Origin: Raillietiella orientalis
Lineage: Eukaryota
Assembly: GCA_036172245.1 (NCBI GenBank)
Contig: JAYWIR010000011.1
Coordinates: forward strand, 2,294,001 to 2,358,000
DNA length: 64,000 nt
Direction of reading: 5' to 3'
The notes below the pieces were generated by a model. The model ran no database searches and had not been told where the DNA came from. It saw nothing but the letters and a program-made list of their open reading frames with translations. Below are positions 23,401 to 35,400 of the stretch, one piece after another. Position 1 is the first letter of the stretch. Each line of letters begins with the position of its first letter. A program made the translations under genes and the position numbers.

Positions 23401-26400
23401 GGCTGAGAGCCGTGCCGATCCTTGGATGGCATGTTGAGATCGTCCATGAAAACCACTAGTTTCTTGCCTGGGGAAGGGGGGACAAGACACCAAAGGTGAC
23501 CACATCGCTCGGCGCGCGGCGGCTGCTTTAGCCACCAGCCAGATCGACCGTCGCCTCCTCTGCGGGAGTTGTGGAATGGGGGGAAGGGGGCTGGCGTGGA
23601 TGATGGCTCCTATTCGTCATTGCACGCGAGAGCTCCTCCCACACGACTGGACCCGCGCGCGCCCGTCTATCGTTGCTTCCCTCCCGGAGCGTGCGAGGTC
23701 GGTGGAAGCGGGAGGAGAGACGGGGGCGCGCGGGCCGGGCCTTCCCCTGCGGTTTTTGACACGGGGCGAGGAGCCCCGAGGGCGGCGGGAGGGAAGGACC
23801 TCTGCTGGAGGGTGGCGGCGCCCGGTCTGGAGGGTTCGTCCGCCGCCCGCGTGGGGACGCTCTCCAGGGCCGACCCTCCGGTCCTTCGGGGTCGGACGAG
23901 CAAAGGTTCCCAGAGCCAGCCCGGGCCCTTGCCATGCCGAGATTCTGGCCGGCGCTCCTTTGATGCCGACGCCCTCCCCTGCTTAGGACCTCCCCCGCCA
24001 AGGGCGTCATCGACCGGCTGCGCAGCAGCGGACTCGGCGAGCCGCGCGTGGTTTTTTCCCTGCGGGCGTACCTCGCAGCGGGTAGAAGCTGCTTCTGGAT
24101 CGCTTCTCCAGACAGCTTTCGACTGTCTCCTGGACGTCCCTGGACTGCATCTGAAGCGCGCCCTCTAGACGCTTCCCCACGGAGGAGGGCGCCTTCTCCT
24201 CACCTGAGCAGACATGTTGACGGTGAGGGTGCTGTAGGCGGACTGGTCCAGGCCCTGCAGCGCAGCCCTGACGGCGGAGGACTTTCCGGCCCCGGCCTTC
24301 CCGACGAGCATGGCGGGATGCCCGTGTTGCAGCAGGGTAGACACCAGGAAGCCGTACCGTGCGACGTCCGTGGAGGGCACGGTGGCGACGTAGGGGGCGA
24401 GAGGAGTCCTGAAGGAAAGAGGGGAGGCGGGTGCGGTGCGAGGATAGGGGAAGCATATGGTCTTCCACCCGGCCCGGAGGACTCAACTGAGCTGGCTCGA
24501 GCGTCCATCCGTTCGTCAGTGTCTCCTCCCACGGCTGCCAAGACCTCTTGTCCGGGGACACCTGGTACTCGTACACAGTCTCCCTGACGGGGAAGGTCGC
24601 GTTCATCTCCCTCACGAAGACGTCCACCTTCCTTCTGCTGTCCTCGCTGACCGTCGCAAACACGGACCACACCAGGCTGCAAGAGTGAGGAAAGAAAGGA
24701 GGTTGACCCGGCGGCGAAGAGACGGGAAGAGTATCTGCCTCCCTCCCCTCACGTACCTGAACGTAAACCACAGCCAGAGCATGGCGTCCTCGAAGGTGCC
24801 GTCCACCACCCCGTTGGCTCCGGTCAGAAAGACGTCCAGGAACCGGCACAGGGAAGCGACGAGACCAATCTCGGCGGTCCGGACGAAGTCGGCGCAGTGT
24901 CGCTGCTTGAAGTCCAGGGCCGCCTCCACTTGCCTCCGGAATGAGACCTTTACCTACGGCGGCGAAGGCGCTTCCCCAGGGGACTCGGGAGGGGCTTACC
25001 TCGTCTGCGAGAGGCACGTCCCTCGCCCTCTCGACCCACGACTCGAAGTAGGGTTTCCACCCCAGGTCCTCGTGGTCCACGTACACCATTCCGCTCCGCG
25101 ACACCGTGGTCGGCGAGGCCTCCTCCAAGTTGTCCGTCTCGAACAAGAGGAACACCTGGGGAAGGGGGGAGCACGCGTGCGGCGTGGAATAGGAGAGGAC
25201 TGGGAGGAACGCTCACCCTATCCATCAAGGGGATCCTCTCCCCGCTGACTAGCGTCAGCACCTTGCTATCGTCCATCAGGCTGTTCATGTCTTCCACCCA
25301 GCCGGGGTCCACGGGGCCGTCGAACACGACCCACTCCTGTCGGTCGCCGCTGCCCGCTGCCTCCTCAGACGACGACGCTGCCTCCTTGAGTGATGGGCGC
25401 TCCTTACTGCGCGCCCTCGGAGGGATCGCCCGCCTCAGCACGGCGGGGAGGACGCCGTCTGTCCACTTCCGTGCCTCCCCGACGTACTCCCCGTAAAGCT
25501 CCCCCACAGAGAGAGCCTTCGGGTTGATGAGGTGCTCCTACGCGGACGGACGGGTGGGACACTCGCCGCGGACCTCCTCCCGGCCCACTCACCCTCACGT
25601 CCTCCCCGCCCAGGGAGCGCAGAGCCCGCCCCAGCGTCCTCCGGATGACAGTCTTGCCGGAGCCGGCGAGCCCTAGGACGACGATCGCGCGCCGCGACCT
25701 CATGGTCTCGTGCAGCTGGACGGCCTTGGACACTGTCGCCTCGACGGGCTGCGGGAAGCGTGGAAGGCAGGAGGATGCCCCGGCGTACCTGGAGGCCGGC
25801 TCTGCTTAGCTCCTCCCGTACCGCCCTCCTCATGGAGTCCTCGTGGTCCTCCTCCACGTGCCGCACGCCGGGGAAGAGGTTGCTGACGATGCCCTCGAAC
25901 AGCGGTCCGTCGTCGCGTGTCAGCGCCGGCGAGTTTGCGCGTCGCAGGACGGCTAGCAGGATCTGCGGAGAGAGAGGTGGAGAAAGGAGGTCTCTGGGGG
26001 TGTTGTCTGCGGGACCGACCTCGTCCTCTGCCATCTGCGGGTGCTGCCTCTTCGCCTCCCCGACTCGATGCAACACCTCGGTCATCCCCCTCAAGCCGAA
26101 GTCGTAGTGGCTCCGTCTTGGCAGCTTCTGCACGCACAGCGTGTACAGCAGGTGAGTCTGTAAGAGGGCGCGGGGGAGGGTCGGGTCGCCAGGAGTCTCT
26201 GTGTCACCTTCTTGGCTAGTGCTCGGGCCGCCTTGAATCCTCCCGCGAACAGAATAACCTCGGCTATCATGTCGTGGTCCGGGACGATCATGGACACAGG
26301 ACGGAATGTCGACTTCAGGTGGCCGTTCAGCTCAGCCCTTATAGCGCACTCTGGAAGGCGGTCAACTGACCCTTCGCCCGCAGAACCGTGCGCGCGAAGG

Positions 26401-29400
26401 GCCGGCGCACCTGCCCCTGCACGCCTTCCGGGCAAGTTCTTTCGGCACGACGACGCGATATTTTCAGGCACCAACTCGACGCATCCTGGGGGGTGTCTGC
26501 ATCCCCTCAGGGATATTGGGCAACCTCCTCCCCCTCCTTCTGTTCGACTGTTTGCTTTTCTTTTCGGTCTTCGGAGTTCGCGGATTTCCGTTGGCGCCGA
26601 GCGAGACAGCAGAAAGCACTGGGCACAGGTCACCCAAGCGTGTCACTTTGAATGTCAGAGCAGCGAGCGCCGGAAATGACCGACCGGAACGCCATGGGTG
26701 GGCGTCCGTCGGCAAAGCACGTGGATGCCCCGGACGCGCAAGGATGCCGGAAGGCGCTCGCTGCAGGTAGGTGGAAGGTAGCAGCATATCAGGAGAGGGC
26801 GGGGACCCTAGCTGGCGGCCCAACAGGAGCCACCCACTCGCCGGGCGCCTGCTCCGAGGTGGCCTTACCGGGGCTCAGACTGAGGGTAGCGAAGAATCCG
26901 CAGCTCCTGGCCAGGCTGACCTCTTCTCCCTGAAGGACGAGTCGCAGGCTCCCAGAGGACAGGGCGCCCAGGATGAGGGAGATCTGGTGGGAGACGACCG
27001 ACAGGACCTCTCTGTTCATCCGGTCGAACTCGTCGAGGCAGCCCCAGCAGCCCGTCTGCGCAATTCCTGCGGAGGGCCTCCATGTGAGGAAGGGGTGGAG
27101 GTGGGGGTAGGGATGCGTACCGGAGAGCAGCCTGGAGACGCTCTTGTGGTCTGCCTCCTCCGAGCAGTTGTGAACGATCGAGAACATGCCTAGAGTCCTT
27201 GCGAGGTCCTTTACGGTCTCCGTTTTTCCGACGCCCGCGGGTCCCCTCAGGCTTCCCCCGCGGCAGAAGCTGAGCGCGGTGGTCAGCGTTAGGTAGCACC
27301 TGGAGGGAGGGAGGAAACAGAAGCCGCCTTGCTGGGAGGCGGGACGGCGCACACTCTCAGGTGCGGGAGATAGGGGTCTTCCGGCCGGAAAGACGCCAAC
27401 GGTGACGTCGTCTGAGCCCGCCGGAGCAACCTTCTCTATCCGCCTCCGAGACGCTGCTCCGAACCTAGAGACTCCTCGGCTTTCTTCTGCCCGGGAGGAT
27501 CGCCCGTCCGCCGACCGGAGAGCCGGCCTGCAGGAGCGCCGCCCGAGGAGTCGGCGGTGAGTGGGGGAACCTCCGCAAGTGGAGAGTCTGGCGACCCCTC
27601 CGACTCAGGCGGCAGCTGGGGTGGGCGGGCCTGCGGAATTCGCAGACGGTCATTCCGTCTGAGCGCTGGGGAAGGCGGCGTTCGTAGAGCGGGGGAGGTG
27701 CTCTCCATGCAGCAGCAGAGGCAAGGTGGCGCCTCTGAGCCACAGAGGTCTTTCGACGCCGCCCGCCGTCAGCGCAGTTATCCTGCGGTGCGCCCAAGCG
27801 GCGGCTCCCAGCGGAAACGCCAAGGTGGAAGCGGTGGGAGGGTCGAGGGCGCCAAGCTGGGATGCCGAACGCACGGGGTGCTGTCAACGAACGAGAAGCG
27901 GAGGCAGCAGCAAGACATAAGAATGCTCCACTTCTCCCCGGCTAACGAGCTGGGCGGGCCGTCCCCGGAGAGACCGGGGCGTCAGGCGTCGAGGGCGGCG
28001 GTGCGAGCCGCCTACGAGATCGCCGCCGCAGCCCCGCAAGCTCAGGGCGCGCCCGCAAGGCGTTTGGCTCCAAGTATGAGTGGCTCTTTCTGATCGCCGG
28101 CACGCACGCCAGGGACGGGCACGTTTTCGAAGGGACGGAGCCAACGAATTCGGGGGTGCCGCGGGCAGTCGAGTTTGCATCTTCGCCGCTGCCACCCTCG
28201 GGGAGCTGTGGGAATGGCAGCAGGAGGTCTCCGTTCTCTCAGCGTCCCCCCGAGTGCGAGGCTACGGGGACCCGTTCCACCAAGGGGGCCCTCCCGTCCG
28301 TTTTGCTACAGCACGGACGGACAGCACCTCTCCCGCCCGCTCGAGAGTTGGAAGGACCTGGCGGAGAGCGGCCGCCCCCGGACAACGAACGACCACGAAA
28401 GCGAGGAGCCTGAGGCGGTCTCCGGTTCCAACCCACCCCACACTCTCGGCGTTCTCCTAAGCAACCGGAAAGCAGCCTTCTTTATCCGCCGGTCTCTTCC
28501 GTATTCCGTATTCTCTCTTTGGGCGCGACCCAGCGGGATATTCGTGATGACTCCTCGCCGCTGCTACGTCGCGCAAGGAGCGCGTCCACCGTGCGAAATG
28601 TTTCCGATTCGGAGAAGTTCGTCTGACCCCGCCCGCATCCTTTGCTTTTCCCTGCCCACTCCACAAACCTGTCTGTCAGTGGGGTCAGCACGAGCCGGCG
28701 TGGGTTCCCAAGGTACTCGCACCCGTACTCGAACTGGGCTGCGTTCTGGCACACCAGGCACTCCTTCCTTTCCTTCTTCCAAAAAAACCGCAGCTGGGAG
28801 GTCCATTCGAAGCACGTAACATCACTGCAGTCTACGAGACAAAACGCCAGGTGCGAAAGAAGATAGAAGCGCCTTCTTCCTTGGTCTCCGTCCGGGAAAG
28901 CGCTGGCGGAGCGGAGCGCACGCGCAAGGGGAATCCGTGAGGATTTCTCAGAGCACCAGGATGCCACCCTCGAGATGGGCTGCCGGGTCATTCGCTATTC
29001 TTCCCCTTTTTTGTATATGGCAGAATTGGCCTGAGCGGATTCCGCTTCGCCCGGACCAGAGCACAATGCTGCTCTGAGCGGTACCGGAGCCATCGACTTG
29101 GGGTAGAGGCGGGTCCTTCGAAGGCTGGTGAGAAGGCGGCTGCTCGCGAAAGCGCCGGTGAGCAGCACACGTGTGAAGTGCGAGCGAGTGAAGGCAAAGA
29201 GGTGCCATCTCTTGCGTGTACCGGCGCACAGGGCAGCCATCCACTTTTCACTGCGTCTTGTGCAAGCATCTTCTGTTCCGCCGGGCTGCAAGAAAGGGAG
29301 GACCAAGGAGTGCTGAAGAGACGCCACGAGGGAACGAATGCTGGCGCAGGGATGACTCCAGGCTGTCGCCAAGCAGAGAAACAGAACCTGCTCCAGAAAA

Positions 29401-32400
29401 CTGGCAAGCTCGGCAGGTGCAGGCTCCACTTGAGGCCGCCGCCTCAGGGCAATAGACGTGCTGAGACTGCGATGAGGCATAATGAATGCTGCTGCTACTG
29501 CTGCTGAAATCGCTTTAGCGACAACTCTGTTCCAAGAAGACGAACCTGCAAGCGTGAACGCGCTTGCGTGGAAAGGTGCAGGAACGAAGACGCGTGCCTA
29601 AAGGGGAAGATCACCAACGAGGGCGGTCAGTCGCACCCTATTTTTCAACCGGCAAGTAAAAGACACCAGCAGAATCCACAATGGCCAGAAGCTCCACCCA
29701 GATGCTACCGATTGCGGCGAACTATCGCTGACCACCTTCTAGAAGAATTCCAAAGAGCCAGTGATAAGGAAGCAGGCCGCAAACGGATGGCCCCACAGGC
29801 TGGAGTCCTCAGCCTCTGGAGCCATCCTGCTCGTTATAGCGCACTGTGCTGCCGCCTCGTTAAGCACCTTCTGCTTGCACCCGCCGCGGGCGGAGGCGAG
29901 CGGGAGGCTGGGAGCAGGAGAGGAACGGAGCAGTTTTGAGGAAGGGACATGCTGCGAAGTTGTCCCGCGAGCAAGTACGATGACTTCCTGAGAGCGTGAC
30001 CGGTGATATGCACCGACTGCTCTGACGGTTATTCTCCTCGAAAAGGTAGTGGTTGGTCCGATCCACTTGCCTCCGCAAGATGAAGACTGCAGCGCTTGCA
30101 ACGCGGAACGAGGCTCCCGCAGTGCCCTCAAGTATTCAGGGAGATGCAAAGGCCGCAGATGCGTGCTGCCGAGGCGGCTCGGCGTACTTCCCCAGCAGTT
30201 CTTCAGTCCAGAGGTTTTCCCGATGGATTTCGGAAAATTCGCAGGGAATGAAAAAAAAAAAACAGGTACACACACACACACACACACAGAAAAAACGGGG
30301 AGGGGAGGTGTTGAGAAGGTGCCGCTGCCTACGCAGCTTCAACAGCCTTTTCGCACAGGTGGGAAGTGGATGTGGAGATGGACGAGTGCTCTGAGCTCTG
30401 AGCTCCACGACGTGTTTCAGTGTAGGGGAGGCCGAGAGGACCCCATCGCGCGACGGAGGGAGGGACGGCGAAGGAGAATTCGTTCGCAGGGATGGCCTTG
30501 AACTTGATAGCGCTCTGCGAGTGAGCGGCATTGCTCCGAACGGCGGCCCCCTTCTCGACGCGCGCGCGGCCCGCACCCACGCCACACGGACGACCATCAC
30601 CACCACCACCAGGGAGCGCCCTTCCGTGCGAAATGCCAGCGAAACCCCCTCGAGGCTCGCCGTCCTCCCAGGACGAAGCTTCTCGGCGACAGACGTGAAC
30701 GTGTCTTGTCGAGGCGCGACGACGAGGGCGCAGACGCGGCGGGACTTGCTGCGGTCCGCATCGAAGGCTCGTTCTGCGGATCGCCCGCGGGATAAGATTC
30801 CGCCGCCTGCCAAGTACCTGACTTCAGCAGCTGATCGATGACGGCATGCGCGTGCACCTGCAAGGTAACCAGGGCGACCAGCTTCAGTCTGTGGATGTGG
30901 GTGAGGAAGTCCGAACGGACAGCGTCCACGTATCTATTCAGCACCGCCGCGTGCATCTTCCTCAGGTTCCTGAGAGGCCTCCTATTGTCCGCTTCTGCGG
31001 TCTGGTTCAAGGTTTTCGTGCACTCTGCAGTCCACTGGATCTGGGAAGGGGGTGCGTGAGGGCGAAGAGGCCGCCTGCTTCCCCCCCATACCTGACTCGA
31101 TGTGATGCACAGCTGGCCCGGGTGACTTTCGACCCATTTCTCCCTCTTCGATCCACACTTTCTCAGCTGAGTAATGGCTTCCTCCAGCCGCGACCGCAGG
31201 CTGCTCCTCATCGCGCTCTCTGTGGTTCACAGAGCAAACACCACTGAGATGCTCCCCGGTCGCGGCAAATGGGTCGCGACGGGTCAACCCCCCCCTTTCC
31301 GATCCTCTTTTCCGACGCAACTCCGGTCCCATCAAACGAGGTCACGCGCACCTCCATCGAAAAAAGGCCGTTCGGATGGGGGATCCTGCCACGGATCTGG
31401 AGCTTGAAAGAGCACTCTGCTAGACCGGGCGGAGCCCAGACCATCTTCGCGACGTGCACGGAGCGAACACCTCGGAGCACCAGGTGCTAGCGTGCGTGCG
31501 TGGTCTCCTTTGCATTATCGTTCGAACGCAGAGGCGCATGCTTTACGAGAGCGCTGCGCTACCGCCCTCCCGAGGTCCTTGAAGCATGTGGGAACTGAAA
31601 CGGTACCTATGCCCTGCAGGGAAGTCTCTATGGGACCCATCAGCGGCACGGGGGACTCGAACTCGATGTACTCCCCTTCTGCAGAGAACATCCCGTTGGC
31701 CACGTGCCTGTGAGGGAGCACCATCTGCGAAGAATGCTGCCCTGGCTGCTGCTGCTGGCGTCCGATAAGAGAGAGAGAGAACCGAGTCCCGCGGCCCGCA
31801 CCCCGGACGGGGTCGCCACCTTGTCTACGGTTTTTGCGATTTTCAGCCTATCCAATCCGTTGAACATCTTCCTGATGAAGCTCTGCATGGACTCGGGAAA
31901 CGAGGAGAGGCTGAGGAGCCTCAGCAAGTCGTCGTTGGACAAGAAGTAAAATCTCGGGAAGTGCCTTCTCCTGACCTCCAGGTGCGCTTCCAGCGAGCTG
32001 TGGATTTTGTCCCACCTCCTCTGTAGGTCCTCAAGAACCAGCAGGAACCCTGAAACCGGGTGGAGAGCAGGGTGAAAAAAAGAAAGAATACGCCGCATGG
32101 CGGCAGCACAGGAGCGCAGCGGAAAAGAGGACCGCGTCCTTTGAGACTCTGTAAGGCCGGTCGCCGTGGGCACGACCAAGACCAGACGGAAAGACCGAGG
32201 TTGTTGAAGAACGATCGATTGATGAGGAGTGTCCGTCCCTCTGTTGGCCTTTCCCCCTGGCCCTTCGCGACGAAATGAAGGGGAAACGGGACGCGGCGTC
32301 CGAATCTCCCAAGCGCCGAACATAAACTGCAGGGCTTACTGGGAAGCGATTGCGAGAATTTACCGTTACCCGCCCACGCGCGTCCCAGCATGACTACGGA

Positions 32401-35400
32401 GAGCACACCAGATAACCGCGTGCTTTCGTTCCATCCGACCATCAGCAGGCCCCCATCAAGAAGACCAGGCGAGCTTTCGCGCGTCGGCCCATGACGGCGG
32501 ATCCGAAAGCATCGAACTCATACGCAGCCCACCGATGCCGGCGAATGCCTTTGCAGCTGGTTCGTGGCCGCAGTTCCGAGTGTGCTTACGAGATGGCGCG
32601 CGCGAGCGCGCGGACGGCGGCAAATGCCTGTTCGCAACTTGACCTTTCGCTTGCCTTTTTGCGCTTTGATTTCTAGAATGTTCTCGGCTTTCATCAGGTC
32701 GGACACGGTTTGGGCCCACTCTTTGGAGGAATCCTCAAAATCCAGCGCCTCGTTCGACAGCTGCTTCCTTACGTCATCGTTGCCGAATATGTTCTGAGGA
32801 AGATGGACGCAAACGTGAAGCGAACAGGCGCTAAAATTTCCGCAGGCTTTCCAAGCGACAGTGACCTGCAGGTATATCCATCGCCTCTGGCTGTCCATGA
32901 TGGCTTCCAGGACCTCCAGAACCTCCATCAAGTTCCATTTCCATAAAGCTATCGTGTCTTCGAAGTGCTTCCCGTATCTGAGGAAGAGATGACAAGGAAG
33001 GCACTGGGACAGTCGAGGTTACCTGGAAGCCTTCATGGCCTGCAGTTCGCTCTGGCCATCCTCGATGGCAGCGTAGATGTCGTCGGCGGGCTGGACTGTG
33101 TAGTGGCCAGTAACCGGGTGAGGAAGAAACTCGAGTTTGGAGGAATTCCAGAGCGCCGCCAGCCTGTCCAGGGCCTGGAACGGGAGGAACGGAAGCGAAA
33201 AGCCCTCCCCTACCCTCTGTCGAAGGATGGGTGCCCCCAATTCCGTGGTGTTTCGGAACCGACCAGCTAGCTGAGAAACAGCAGCTTTCGCGCTCTGTTG
33301 GAGTTTTCCAGGCCAACAGGTTCTCTCGAGAGGCACCGCCACGCAAGCACGCAAAGGACGTCGAGCGCAGACGGGATTCTTCCAAGAGAAGGGTTGAGGA
33401 AAGTGGAGGCATCCGGAGGCGAACAGGATGCCACTGACAAATGGCAGAGCAACCACCCACTGGTCGAAAGGTGCCGGCACAGCTGGCGGCCGAAAGACAG
33501 AGAGGAATCTTCAGCAAAGGATGCGTCTCCCGGGGAACAGCAGCAGCAGCGAGGAGCGCGGGCCAGCTGACTCTCCCCTTTCCTCGTCAGCCAGAGGTGC
33601 ACTGTGGTGTGCAGGAATCGGGAAAGAGACAGAAGGAGTCGCAAAGGTGGAACTCTAGTGGGTGGACAAGCAGGAAGACGGATCCTCAAACACCCTGGAG
33701 GCGGAAGCAACCGATGAGATGTCCAGAGGACTCCGATCTCCTTCCAGAGCTGGAAGATTCCTTCGGAGGGCCTTGTGAAAGAACCGAAAGCAAAGCGCGA
33801 CGCGAGCCTGAGATAACGCAAGGGGAGGAAGTGAGAGAGTGGGGGCTCCGCTCCACGCAACTGATGGCAGGAGGAGGAACCTCGACAGGCCAAGTATTGC
33901 GCCGGCAGAGAGAGAATCAGCAGCCACTTTCAGAAAGCGCCTCGAAAAAGTGAAAGGAGGAGTCGCCATCCTGGAATGGGCAGTCCGATGGTCAGTGGCC
34001 ATTTTGACAAGATGATGGTGCTGCTGATGGTGCCAGTGAAGAAGAGAGCGACCCTTGTTCCTCAAGCGGGTCTTTCTGTGCTTCCCGTGTGCCACGCCCC
34101 TCAGAATGTAGGAGAATTGAGTGGGAGCTGTGGCGAGCAAAAAAACTGCGAAGGTAGCGCCAAACGCGGGTCCGACCGGTTCTGCCACGCATGCGGGTGA
34201 TGATTAGCTGCAAAAGTACTCAAATGGCCCGCCCGCCCGCCCTACTCTCACAGCGGTGTTTCGGGGAACGTGGTCCGATGAAAAAAGAGGCCACACCTCA
34301 GCTTCGGCGGTGACCACCGATTGGTCAGCTCCATGAATGCGGTTTGGGCGTTGCAGAGGCGTTTCTCGAGAAGTGGTGGTCTGTCATTGGGCCAGCGTCT
34401 CACGGGGAACGCCCGCCTCCAGCCAATCGTCGGATGAGAACGTTGCTGGAGTCGCGATGCTTGAATCAAGATGGCAGCAAGGAGAGAGCGACTCGGATGG
34501 TGACCAAGGTCCGAGGAAGCAGACCGAGCTTGCATCGACATCAGGAAAGTGGGGGAAGGACGGGAGCAGCAAAGAGGGCGCATCATCAGCACGCAGCATC
34601 GAAGGTGCACGCGTTCCTCCCCCCACCGCCACCACGGAATGCCTCGACCTTGGCCGGAGAGACCTCCTTGTGCGGATTCTGGTCCTTGCTCGAAGCGGGC
34701 GCAGCGGTGATTCTGGTCAATGAGCCACCGAGACCGCCCGCGGCAGCGTCTCGGGCGGACAGCAGCAACGAGGGAGCGCCGGGAGCTGGAGGCCGCGGAA
34801 GGACGCGCGTCCCAGAAAGAGCTAGCCGCTCCCGTGTGGAGGGACGAAGCTCCAGAGCAACGAGCCGTGCGTGCATCGGTTTGCCTGCGGCGGCGACGGA
34901 CTCCCGACGGCCGGCTCTCCCGGAGGAGGAGTTCCTTCGTCTGGACCGGCCTCGGCCGAGAGGGAGAGGGAGGGGAGGCGCTCCAGGGGAACACTGCCTC
35001 CGCGGAAGGTCTTTCGCGGGAGACGTGGAGCTACCTCGGGTGGATACCCGAGAAGACGCGAGGCAGCAACCAAAGAGCAGTTGCGCTCCCATATTGGAAC
35101 GCCCTGCTGACAGCAACCAAGTGGAGGATGAGGGGGGGGATCAGCTTCTCGGGGGCTCCATGCATCCAAAGACGGGGGTAGGAAGGGGTGGTGGTGGGAG
35201 TTCCGGATGAAGAGAGCAGGGGCGGGTCGCGTACCTGTTCTATGACGAGTTCCTTGTTCGCCGCCTGGGAGACCTCGCTGATCTGCTGGCCGTACGGCTC
35301 CAGCCTGGCACTACACGCGTCCCCAAAGGTCAGCGAGGGGTCGGAGAAGTCGTACTCACTGGAAGAAGAGCAAAGATCGGTCCAATCCCCCCTCCCTTCC

